Positions 1 through 10,962 of a DNA stretch of 64,000 nt are shown here, piece after piece (position 1 is the stretch's first letter; every line of letters starts with the position of its first letter). The stretch spans positions 66,019 through 130,018 of the forward strand of contig NW_021833417.1 in NCBI RefSeq assembly GCF_006345805.1, in the 5' to 3' direction. The stretch comes from Octopus sinensis. Lineage: Eukaryota. A program made the translations under genes and the position numbers. Below the pieces are notes generated by a model that was not told where the DNA came from, did not search any database, and was given only the letters and a program-made list of their open reading frames with translations.

Positions 1-120
1 TTGGAAAATCTCTTGAAAAAAATAATGAAAATAATCAAAATAAAAATAAGAGTTACTTTTCACTAAAATTTAAGATTAAAAAAAATATTATATCGCACAA
101 TATAAAAAAATAGAGAAATT

Positions 121-149
121 AGAAAACCGGATTTTTTTTGCGCCCACTG
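121..149. mobile_element. Probable right terminal inverted repeat of a Tc1/mariner-type element extending left out of the window
   Basis: Reverse complement reads TA|CAGTGGGCGCAAAAAAAATCCGG, i.e. a CAGT-starting end next to TA at 150-151. No partner TIR in the window. Confidence 0.35.
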
Positions 150-383
150 TATGTTTAATGATGAATGATTTAGTTTATTGTAATTAACCGAGAAAGAGAA
201 AGTGACAGGAATTAAGGACGGTGATAGGACGGGACTGATGCCAAGGCAACTGAACTCTTCTGAGCTTGCGTCCAATTCATCTGTCGTAAGCCAGAGTTAA
301 TAGTGGCTATGTTGCTGAATTGCTCCATTCTAGCAGGAGCTCTTGCAGCATATTCATGTCCACTCCAAGTTTGGTCAGGGCTC

Positions 384-1607
384 CTACATACCAGCGGAAG
401 ACTTCCAGTTGGGAATCTCTGTTGAGTAGGTCCTGATCGAGTGGGCTCCTCTTTGTGACAAAGCTTTGTCACGGTGGGTTTTTCTCCTCTTATGAGGGAC
501 AGCCGAGCGGACCACTTCTGAGTTATGGCACTCATTAGTGTTTGACTCCGCGCTTGTGAGTGTGTTGTGGGCCGGCGACGTCTGAGTAGAGACATCGACT
601 TTGGACGGACTTGGGGGAGACCCTTTTGTCCAGACTGATTCTATCGGTTTGGCTTTTACCCAGCGTACTGGGCTTTTAGTCTGTGAGCTCTTCGCAACCC
701 TTGAGACTGCTGTTGCTGCTTTGGCAGACGGACATCCACCGTAGCACGCCAAGTGCCCAGTGTTCTTGCAGTTAATGCAAGTTTTTGCAGCTGGGACACT
801 CTGTTTCGGCTTGGAACTCTGGCAGTTTTGGTGCCTGTGTTCATTACCGCAGAGGAGACAACGGAGTTTTTCGGAGCATCTGTAGGACGTATGTCCAAAC
901 TGATTGCAACGGAAGCATCTCGTTGCTGAAGGCTTGTGCCATTCGCAGCGGATATGGCTGAAGCCCGCAGTTATTCCAAAGCGGATGAGGGTGTTGGCCT
1001 CTGCTCTGGAATCCAGCGTGAGTCTGCCGACAGGCATGTCGGTTCCATTGCGAGAAAATCTTTCGAACTTGAGGTCCGATTCTAGACTTTCTCTCAAGTG
1101 GAGGTTAAGATCCTCTGTCGAGATCCAATGAGGGATTCCTTTAAGGACCAAGACTGAGGCCTTCTCAGCTACTGAGGCAAGTTTATGGCTGCCTTCGCCA
1201 AACATATTCGATTGAGACAGCTCTGCTTTGAAAGCAGCAGCATCCTCGGGCGATCTGAATTTTAGAATGAAAGTGCCGGACTTCTGTAAAGTTATCCGGG
1301 CTTTGGAAGCAGTTGGAGACTTGGATGGGAGGTTAAACCTCTTGATCTTTCCAAGTGCCGGGTTTTCGATACTCAGAGAATATGTGAGGTTTGAGCTGTT
1401 AGGCTCAGTTGTCGTCTGATGGCATTGGGTCTCACTGTGTTTTTGACCCACAGTAGGGTTCGGATGTTCGGTGGGATATTCAGCCTTGATGGGTTCGCAA
1501 AAGGGCTGTGGCTTTGCCGGTGTTCGTCTTTTAGCTTTGGAGCAAGCTTTGATTGATGAGAGATTTTGATTATTCTTGACCATTTTTTCTTTCTTCTCCT
1601 TGACCAT
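384..1607 (-). mobile_element. Non-LTR retrotransposon ORF1 (gag-like, I/Jockey/R1 type), intact 407 aa
   Basis: Zinc knuckles CFRCNQFGHTSYRC, CLLCGNEHRHQNC and CINCKNTGHLACYGGCP, preceded by an RRM-like region (VLKGIPHWISTEDL). No introns. Confidence 0.85.
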
Positions 1608-1629
1608 GCAACTGGATTCTCACAGCGAT

Positions 1630-2610
1630 TTTATTTTAAACAACTTTGCAAGTTCTGAAGGGAAAAATATGTTTAACACAAACCACCTCGTGTTTATTGA
1701 CGACATTGCTGCTCAGAGCAACTTCACTCTATTGGAAAGTGTGTAAAGGAATTATTGGGGCAAATAGGATTTGAACTAAATTTTTCCAAGTCGGCAACTA
1801 ATTCGCAATTTTTTAACAATTTGGTCAAAGTCTTGAAAGTCCACGAAGGATATAAGTACCTCTGCATCACAGAAAGCCACAAATTGCTCATACTCCCTGA
1901 AACCAAGATCCAACTAATAGAGGGAGTACGGAAGAGAGCAGCAATGTTGTGTGCAACTCGTTTAAATGCTAGGAATTTATTCCATGCAGTAAATGGGTAT
2001 GCCATTTCATTGCTTAATTATTATGTTGGTATATGGAGTTTGAGCCACATAAGTACGATGATATGGATTGTATGATTCGCTAGTCACTTTGGAACTATGA
2101 AGCCATATTTATTGGCTAAATACGGTTTCACACGTTAAAAAGTGATAGATGTGAAGGGGTTGATTAAAGTACAAAAAAGTCTTTGATAAAAAAGATTAAA
2201 TTGAAAATTATTCACAAAACCCTCTTCAAAGCTTTGGACAATCCTCATGTTGACGTAAAGTTGTCAACGACTTTGCTAAAATAAGTATGACTTTTTTTGC
2301 AGAAAAACTTGGTTTGATGCACAGTTGGAAGGTCCTGGTCGTTCCTTGTTTAATGACATGAGAAGGAATATTAAAGTAACACAAGAGCTATCTTAGGCAG
2401 TTAGGAATCTATAGGTACATTCAGTCTATATGCAGTCTACTGCCTTGAAGAGAGCTCTAGAGGGTGTATCTGTTGATTTACGCAGATGGGCCGGTCGGTA
2501 ATGTCTAATGTCTTATGGAAAGATTGGAAAATACTCTCACTGAGGTTTTTTAACCAGAAGCACAAGAGGCTGTTCTCCAGACTTCGCAAGCGGAAAGGTC
2601 GTCGGATTAA
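1630..2610 (+). mobile_element. Degenerate R4/Dong-like RT fragment
   Basis: NHLVFIDDI, EGYKYLCITE, LNARNLFHAVNGYAISLLNYYVGI and LFKALDNPHVD match in order the element at 40437-43823. Many stops and deletions. Confidence 0.75.
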
Positions 2611-2679
2611 CTTAGTTAACTTTTAATTAAAGGTTAGATAATCAAAGAGAAATTAGATTGTTTAAATGTCTGATTAGTA

Positions 2680-3477
2680 TTAATGATCATTTAACATGTA
2701 AGCGACTACAATTCCAGAAAACTATAATATTTTAGGTAAAAATAATACTGCAATGAAACTGTAGATTACTACTCCGACAATCATATATATTTTATATTTT
2801 TCTATCAAATTTTCATATTTTGTGATACAGCCCTAAAAATATACTTCCCAAGCTACTTCAGAGTAGTAGCTTTTGCAATTTTCTGAAGCGCAGCAACTTG
2901 AAGGAGTATTTCCAGAATAGTCTGATTTCGAAAGTGCACCGCAGCATTTCAATGAACTTTGCCAAAAGTCAATATCGGCTTTATTTGTATCATAATTATT
3001 GACTCCTTCATTGAATTGTTTAGTCAATGATTTAAACATCTAAACAAATATTTAAAGTCGGGTACTTTATCTTTATTTATAGAATATTCGACAGTTACCC
3101 CCAAAACAAGTGTCATTATAAGTAAAAGACATATCGTGAACTAAGGAAATACACATATCAATATACATACAAATAGTTTACTGCAACAGCCGGGAAATGT
3201 AGAAATTAAAATCAATCCAGAAATGAATCCAAAAAAGCAAACAATTCCAATAGTTATCAAGATAAATCCAGTGATTTTAAAATTCTGGAGAGTAAATAAT
3301 TTCTGATTGACATAGTCTCTAGTAATCACTCCTCCGCCATACAAAGCTAATCCAGAAATTGTCTATTAAAATTTACTATAATAATTGTTTTACTCCTAGA
3401 ACAATGATGTTGATAAATATCACAAGCTTAGCAAGCATTCGAACGTTCAAAACCGCGTTCAAATTTATATTCGACAT
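2680..3477 (-). CDS. Tetraspanin, 6 exons
   Basis: Four hydrophobic segments and a large loop with CCG (SSLKCCGALSKSDY), PSSCC and GCITK. GT-AG introns of 31, 30, 26, 24 (2833-2856) and 27 nt give one open frame from ATG 3477 to TAA 2680. Confidence 0.88.
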
Positions 3478-4995
3478 GAGAGTAATTAAATACGTTTTAA
3501 ATTCCGGATTTGTTTACTTGAAATGCTATTAATTTGATTAATGATCTTAAGTGCTAAATAGATAAACCTGGTCTACTTTTCATAATAAAAAGTAATCTCC
3601 GACTTTTTGACTTTATCAAAAATTTTTTATAATAGAAAATTCTAAAAGTATTACAAATTATTGCTTTTTTGATTAGTTTTAACCTGTGATTTTTGTCATT
3701 GTAATCTAAATGTAATTAGAAGCTGAAAAAAAAGTACTAGAAAAAAGAAACACTATTTTTACTTAAATTTAATCCGGACCCTGTTTAATTTTTTTAAATT
3801 CCCCAAAAACAAAAAAACCAAATTATTCATTAATTTATTTAAAAAATACTCATTTCTTTTTAACTCTAGAGACAAATTTTTATGCAAACTACAGTATTCT
3901 ATAAGTAATTGCAAAACTTTCAAATTAGAAAGTTAGTGGAATGATTGGCAAGTTTTCCATCAATTAAACAAATTGACCTCTGTCTAGGCAGAAATCCAGA
4001 AAGAGGACATATAGTATTTTTAATAACTTCAAAAAAATAATTCCATATAGACGGGACTTGGCATATCAAAAAAAAGTTTGTGAACTCAGGACTTCTAACT
4101 TTTCCGTGATTTAATAGACGGTTATTAATATCTTAAAGCTGCGGTTTTCAATCGTGGTCCCCAGAAATTTTAGAAAATTAAAAAAATAAAGCTAATTAAA
4201 AAACGGATGAACAATGTGCTTTTCTAGTTATGCTCAATAAAAATCCTTGTTTGCAGAAATATGAAAAAAAGCAAAAAATCCTTTAAAATATCAAACATTA
4301 AAATTAGAATTTGTTGTATTATCTATCCGTAGTAAAACCTTGTAAGAAAAGACCTAAAATATTCACTTTATCTCCTGAAAAACCCCGTTTTTTAAAAATT
4401 TAGAGCTGAGTGTTAAATATAGATTAAAAAGTTTAAATTTAATTTTAAAACTTTATTGAACTAACAATCGTAAAATTCGCTAAATAATAAACAATACCGG
4501 TTTTTTTCCCAATAAAATGTCAATGTTTTTAAAGGGATTCTGTGATCTCCCACGATCGGTCATAAATCTGTTAATCAGATTCCACGTGGAAGATTCTTGA
4601 ACGCTAGAAAAATTCATGAAAGTCAAAAGAATAAAAGATTTGAATAAAAGTCAGCTTTTTGCATTCCAGTTTGAGAGCCTTCCCACCTGCAAAAAATTGA
4701 TCTATTTATGATTTTTGGACCTTTAAATCTTGAGGTTTATTTAGCACTATATTACTCAAAATTGTAAAACAATTCTCAACGAATATTCGCAGCTTCCCTT
4801 TGATTATTTTATGTGAAAAAACTTGAGAGGAGTGAAAAGAAGTAGACACCGAGACCAACAACAGAGCAAGTCAATAATAATTTTTCCTAACACAGTAAAA
4901 TTTTATTGTACTCATTTTTCTACTAAAAATATTATATATAAGCTTATTTTAGTTTTAGTCTATTTACAAAACTAAATAAAATATAAATTAATTAA

Positions 4996-5917
4996 ATGCC
5001 GATGACCTCTTTTCTATGTTCCTTAATCTTATTATTTTTAGTTTTTTGTCTTTTCTTCTGTACATTCAGCACACAAAAAACAGACACCACCAAAAAAACA
5101 GCCACCACCAACAAAACAGCCACCACCAACAAAACAGCCACCACCAAAAAAACAGCCACCACCAAAAAAACAGCTACCACCAGTAAAAATAAGGGTCAAT
5201 TTTAATGAAATTTAAACATTTAGTCACAGAAACTTCGAAACCTAAACCAAGATATCCCGGACTTTGGGCTTTAGATGATGAATTTGATCACGACCTCCAC
5301 GCTTTGCTAAGTAGTTTTATCGAAGTGAAATATGTCTCCGGAAATAAAGTACAACAATATTTCTAGAGAGTTAGTTACTTTCAATTTCGTACAAAAACAC
5401 TTCTCATTTTCAAGGTTACGTCTCTAGATACCAAACAGTCGCTTCTCTTAGAGAAGAACATGTCACAATCGTTTTTTTTGGACTTTCCAACGACGTAGGA
5501 GAATATTATATCAACAGAACTATACTTTTAATTGGTAACAGAATTATAAATATATTCTTAGGAAACAAACCATATTTCAACAACGAGAAATATAGTTATG
5601 CATATAAAGGAGGTTATCATATTTGTAGAAGCATATTTCTTAATTTTCCTGGAATTGCAAATGTAACAATGAAACAATTCAGGTATCTGCTTTACGGAGA
5701 TGACAGAGTTATAGACTTTGTTGGAACTGGTAATCAATTCATAGCTAATATTTAGCTACCGAATGCGATCCGAATCCACATCCTCTAAATTTGGCACCCC
5801 TTATTACACTTTTTGTATGTTTTGTCATCGCTATGATCGCATTGGCTATCTTCTTAATTGTGAAATTGTACAAAAACACTTATCAACAAGCAAACTAACA
5901 TTATGAATATCTTCTAA
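4996..5917 (+). CDS. Type I membrane protein with signal peptide, Thr/Lys mucin stalk and LAMP-like domain (CD68/LAMP-like architecture), 5 exons
   Basis: Introns of 41 (5183-5223), 26, 27 and 27 nt join the signal peptide, KKTATT repeats, a lumenal domain ending DFVGT-ATECDP, a TM helix (LITLFVCFVIAMIALAIFLIV) and a short tail in one frame. Confidence 0.7.
5086..5182 (+). repeat. Coding 18-nt tandem repeat, about 5 copies (TT[K/N]KTA)
   Basis: Units of ACCACCAA[A/C]AAAACAGC[C/T] are directly visible. Confidence 0.95.
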
Positions 5918-6322
5918 CATTTAATTCAGGCTTAATAATTCTAATTATTTTAACTGTAATTAGTTCCAAAGCCTCTCAATAAGACAAGACCGTTAAAAAT
6001 AAATTGTAAAACCTCATTTTAGCGAAATCACTTATTCTATTAATAAATAGGTTCTCAGCAATAATTTTTTCGAGAAATTATTTCTAAATCGAAGTGAAAA
6101 TTGGAAGAATTAAATCAAAAGTATTAAAAATCGAGAGCATTCGAGATCAAATGTTTAAGTAGAAAACAAACGCAAAATGCACAACTTATAATTAGACTGC
6201 TATTAAAGAATAGTGAACGTCAAATCTTGTGTGAACACAAAAAATATTAAATTTAATATTTTTACATGTGTTTATTTGAAATTCTTAAAAATGAATAAAT
6301 CACACGATCTACAGTTGTTAGC

Positions 6323-7570
6323 ATGATGGAAAGTCGAAAACGCTCATGGTTTTTTCAAAAGAAGGAAATAATCGAATTTTATCATAAAAATAGACATTAC
6401 ACACACCGCGATTTATCCATTTATTTCAATGTTTCTCTGGACTGTATAAACAAAATTCTGAAAAATACTGAACGAATACCTACTTTTAAAGATGATCAAA
6501 AAATAAAAAATTACTTTCCCAAGTCTCAATCATTCGACAAAGATCTATTTGAATTGTTCGTTTAAAAACGATCATTTGGATTTACAATCAATGAATATCT
6601 TTTGAAGTCTATATCTTTAAAAATGGCGAAAGTTTGTAATATTCAAGGATTTCAAGCAGCAAATGAATGGCTTGAGAAATGTAAAAATCGATATTGAATT
6701 GCTTGCAGTGCTTTATGTGGGGAAAATCAATTTGTTGAAACCTCTGTGATTGAAAATTTTACAGAAGGCCACAATAGAAAATTAGAACAATATTTAGGGA
6801 ATTTACATTCCTAATCCAAAGGATCCTGTTGGCCGTTGTGCGTGGGAACAGCTGTTCCATCCGGCTTGCTGGCCGATTAATTTCTGATTAATTTAACTTT
6901 CAATTGGAGATATTTCTTAAAAAAAATATGTAGTGTAAAATGTAGAATATTGTTCAAAAAATATTTTTAATTTGGACAAAACTGGATTGTTTTTACACTT
7001 TTGTCCAACAGAACATTAACTCTTATTCGGACAAAAATCTGTCTAATAAATCAATAAAAGAAGGAGTAACTGTTATGTTTTGGGTTAGTATGATTGGAGA
7101 AAAACTTGACCTATTTGTTATTGGAAAACCCAAAAATCCACGCTGCTTTAAAGGAAGAAGAAATTTAATTAATAATTTACAAATGGAATACACGTCAAAT
7201 AAAGAGCATTGATGTCATATGGTTATTTCTCAGAATAGCTTATAGAATTGAGCAAAGAAATGATTTTGCCAAAAAATTCTAATTTTATTTGGTACACTCA
7301 CATGATTTAGAGTTCAGTAACATCGAACTCTTTTTCCCCTCTAAATACAACATCGAAGTTAAAACCCCTTGATCAAGGAATAATGAAATCATTCAAAGAC
7401 AGGTATAGACAACTCCTATGTGCACACTGATTGAATTTTATACTAATGATGGCAATGTAGATCACGAAAAAGTTACGGAAAAGTTAAAGAAATTCACTCT
7501 ATTGAATTGCTTGATATTCATAAATGAAGCTTGGTTAGAAGTATCGGAATTGACAATTAAAAATGTTTCG
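6323..7570 (+). mobile_element. Degenerate pogo/Tigger transposase (CENP-B HTH plus DDE_1)
   Basis: HTH-like start (KKEIIEFYHKNRHYTHRDLSIYFNVS), FQAANEWLEK, IFNLDKTGLF, VIGKPKNPRCFK and VKPLDQGI. Many stops and frameshifts. Confidence 0.8.
6805..6927 (+). mobile_element. Short 3' end of a CRE-clade LINE inserted in the Tigger remnant
   Basis: GC-rich insert translates FLIQRILLAVVRGNSCSIR, matching the CRE C-terminus at 49870-49930, and is followed by an A-tail near 6918-6927. Confidence 0.7.
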
Positions 7571-7666
7571 TAAAGCTTATAATTAGATTGTTATTTTGAT
7601 ATAAAAATAAGAAAATTAAAAAATTTTCCATAATTAATATGTTTTTCCTAAACAAGTAAATCGTAA

Positions 7667-8273
7667 CTAATCCTTCCGATCTTTTGAACGAGCGATCATT
7701 TTGCGCATTTTCATTCTTCTGTTTTGGAACCAAATTTTGATTTGTTTTTCACTGAGTCTAAGCTGCTGTGAAATATTCCACCTCCGTTCTCTTGTTAGAT
7801 ATCGGTTTGTTTCAAATTCTAGTTCCAGTAATGATATTTGAGGCCTTGAATATGGTTTTCTTCTAGCATGTTCTTGTCTCATGTTTTCTAAAATATGAAT
7901 GTTTGTATAAACCATTAAAACTGGAAATTACTTTGGGAAGTTTCTCGTGTCTTGGAAACTCAGTTAGTTGATTCTGACAGTAGTCACTTGGTCCCTCACA
8001 ATAAGCAAGTTCTGAAGGCTCGTTACATTGTGATGACATTTTATTCAGTTCAAAGTAAAGATTATCTTCATTGTAGGTTTGAATCGACGAATAATTATTG
8101 TTCTCAATATTTTGATTAAAAATCAAATTGTTATTCCAACAGTCGTAGCAGTTATGGTTTTCAGTAGTGTACAAATCATTATTTGAATGGAAGTATGTAA
8201 AATTTTCTGGGCACAACTCATTATTGTTGTTCAAATTGATGAAATATAAATAATCTGAAGGTTGGTTGTTCAT
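7667..8273 (-). CDS. Posterior Hox (Abd-B/Post2-class) homeobox protein, 2 exons
   Basis: A 25-nt GT-AG intron (7888-7912) fuses the two ORFs in frame. Homeodomain [52 protein letters not shown] has the KPY arm and Trp32 of posterior Hox. No YPWM motif. Confidence 0.8.
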
Positions 8274-8961
8274 TAGTCAAAATATCGGAAACGTTGCAAA
8301 ACCAACCTATTTGACTATAAATAAAGATTTTCCATAGAATGGCAATAAAATACCTCTTGAAATCTGATAACAAAGTCACATGTTATTGCGTCTTTCTGAA
8401 TCTTTTAAATATATATTTTCAAATGCACAGTTGTGTCTTTAGTAAAATACAAATATTAATAGACTAAAAACAATACAAGGACAGGAATTATCTTCAACCA
8501 AACCTAAAAGATGTGATATTTATCACAATAAGGAAACGGAAGTGTAAGCAATTAATAATTACGCTTTGAACTTTACTGACCAAAACATTTAAAGTAATAG
8601 ATTGTCATAGAAACCACATAATATTGTGATAGTGAGGCAATTATACTATCATGTGAGAAAATCTAATTCGGAAACAGATCATCCAATTAAACATTTTATC
8701 AAATTATTCTCCTTTCTATGAAAGAAAAATCACATCCAACTTATTGTTACTTTTTCAGAAACAGAAATAATAAAGCAACGTCATCCCAACTAATAAAAAC
8801 TACCAAGAGAGATATTGAATTGTACAAAAATGCAACTCAATCAACAAGATGCTTGACTACGCTCATGTCAATATTCGATGGTAAACTGCCTAACCCGACT
8901 TTAAAAAACTAAAAGGGAGATTACTATTGAGAACAATAAACAATTAATTTACTAAATGAAA

Positions 8962-9768
8962 TCAAGAAGTAGTTTTACGCCTCTTTTTGGCCAGTCTAAA
9001 ACAATCCCCAAAAGCCTTTACTTGTACATTTTCTTAACCTTCTCCTCGCCCAACGACAGCAAATATTTGACCTCCCTCGAATTCTGGTCCATCTTCTTCA
9101 ATTTCCTCTACAAATGACCCCCGTCAGTACATATTTCCCCTTTATCTGCTCGAGCACACTCGAAGGCACTTGTTTCTTCACATCAGATATGGCCGCCTTC
9201 AACGCATCCTTCAACGGCTCGCACGGCACTGGATTGGCCGGTTCCATCGTCAAATTCACACGGTACAATTCACAGACACTGTCCGTGCTGATGTGTCCCC
9301 ATTTGTGACATTTTATACACCGGACATTCCTCACTTCTATTCCGAATGGACGGTCCAACAATTCCGTGTTGTTTTTGGCGAATCTAACAAGGTCGGGGAG
9401 ATTATTACATTTCTCGGGGAGCGTTGTACTTCCTCTGCCATTCGAATTTTACTTCCACTGCGGGTTCCTTGGGATTAGTCACGAATTACTGACTTCTTTC
9501 TCGACAAGACCTGAGGGAGGCTCGTACAGAAAACTGATTCCGTAAATTGCTTTCTTATCGCCTAACAGAGCTTTGTTTTCCAAGTAATCTTGTTCTCGCT
9601 TGTACTGTTCGATTAGATTCTCTTGCTTCTTTTTATCGAATGCAGCTTGTTGTTGCGCCATCCAGATCTGGGTTGTTTTAATATAATTTTTAATACTTTT
9701 TCAATGTTTTCTGGATTCTGAGGATGAAAGAACTTTTTACACATGTAGTTGTGATAACCTTTCCCCAT
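8962..9768 (-). CDS. CIR1: Corepressor interacting with RBPJ 1 (CIR1)
   Basis: MGKGYHNYMCKKFFHP...IWMAQQQ, ISFLYEPP, KFEWQRKYNAPRE and PFGIEVRNVRCIKCHKWGH. Five GT-AG introns of 23-29 nt. Confidence 0.92.
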
Positions 9769-10149
9769 TTGTACAACACGACAACAACGACCACAGGAAT
9801 GATTTTATTAATAATTTATTAAAAAAATTAATATTATTAAAAATCATTAATATTAGTTAGTTATTAACAAAATATATTCCTTAAGTTGAAGACAGCAAGA
9901 AATTCTGAACATGTTGTAAAGTGCAATGTCTTCATCGGATCTAATACATAAGGAGTTAATCCTATTAGAGAAAGAGATAATTCATCTCCAGGTCACCGTC
10001 AAATAGAATTGTTGGTTCAAAGAGCATGAGAGGGGATCACCTAGAAAAGATTAATCACAGACTTATTTGGTTATCCAAATGATCTGGTTAAGAAAATGTA
10101 TTTCTATCAAACAGAAAAAGCAAATTGCTTTTAGTTACTCGTTTAAGTG

Positions 10150-10760
10150 TGATATATTTGTGCCATATACACTGAACAAAAATAAAAACTGAGTATATGG
10201 AAAATATTAACAGAGGAATTTTTGTTCAATTATTCCTTATTTGTAAACATAAAAAGCTTCTGATATTTTCGATGCAGTTAATCGTTTTTTTAAACAGAAG
10301 GTACACTTTACTTATGATAGATCTATTGTGGCAAAATCTTAGTGCACGCACCACAAATGGAGCATCAGCTATGTTGGTTGTAACTAGTTTTTAGAGTACA
10401 ATCTGTCAATCCAAATGAATGAAAGAAATTGAAAAATATATACCTTAAATTAATGAAGTAGATCTTGAGCTTTTTTCAATACTTTTTCCGTAAAAGTTTA
10501 TGACTTAGCTTCAAATATTCAAGAAGAATTTATTGAATTAATAAATTCTTGCGAGTCAAAAACCTTATTTGCACAATTAATTGAATTTTGGTGTAAAAAG
10601 ATATCAAAACATTATATAATCAATTTTTGCTTTTGTGTCCGACTACTTCAGGCTGAATGTTGTTCATGATATTCGGGTGTGTCTTTCGTCAAAGGATCCA
10701 GAAATCGATAGATTAGTGGTTGATAAACAACGCATCGCATTGATTAAATATTTTTTCCCC
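10150..10760 (+). mobile_element. Highly decayed hAT transposase remnant
   Basis: TTNGASAML resembles CTDGAPAM, and QEEFIELINSCESKNLF...EFWCK resembles the hAT dimerisation region. No intact ends seen. Confidence 0.5.
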
Positions 10761-10962
10761 TAACTTGTTCTCTTTAAAGAGTGCTGACTAGTCAAAAAAA
10801 TATATCAGCCAAAGTTGATTTTAATGTCATTATTTAGACTAAAGTGGTAATAGTGATCAATCAAAAGTGTTATAAAATGTAGAAATATGTTAATGTGTTA
10901 ATTACTACATTGCCTTGAGATTCCTATTCAGATAATCCCTAATAGCAAATAAAGTAATCAAA

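Noticed and set aside
4138-4570. hAT-like MITE starting CTGCGGTTTTCAATCGTGGTCCCC
   Set aside because: Only one end resembles a hAT terminus; no matching TIR or TSD found.
4992-5180. Minus-strand ORF of VVAVFL repeats
   Set aside because: It is the antisense shadow of the coding 18-nt repeat.
5349-5376. 18-nt intron (GTACAACAATATTTCTAG) in the LAMP-like gene
   Set aside because: The downstream AG (26-nt intron) gives an open frame through to the TM helix; the 18-nt option hits a stop.
6805-6927. GC-rich island with AATTTCTGA as a spliced-leader RNA or snRNA
   Set aside because: It translates to the CRE C-terminal motif and has an A tail. It does not match the U1, U2, U4, U5 or U6 conserved sequences as I know them.
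8718-8912. 64-aa ORF upstream of the Hox gene, and the many GC-rich antisense ORFs over LINEs and conserved genes (e.g. 41137-41706, 49269-49832, 9170-9478)
   Set aside because: They have no recognisable motifs and are explained as shadows of coding sequence on the other strand or as chance ORFs.
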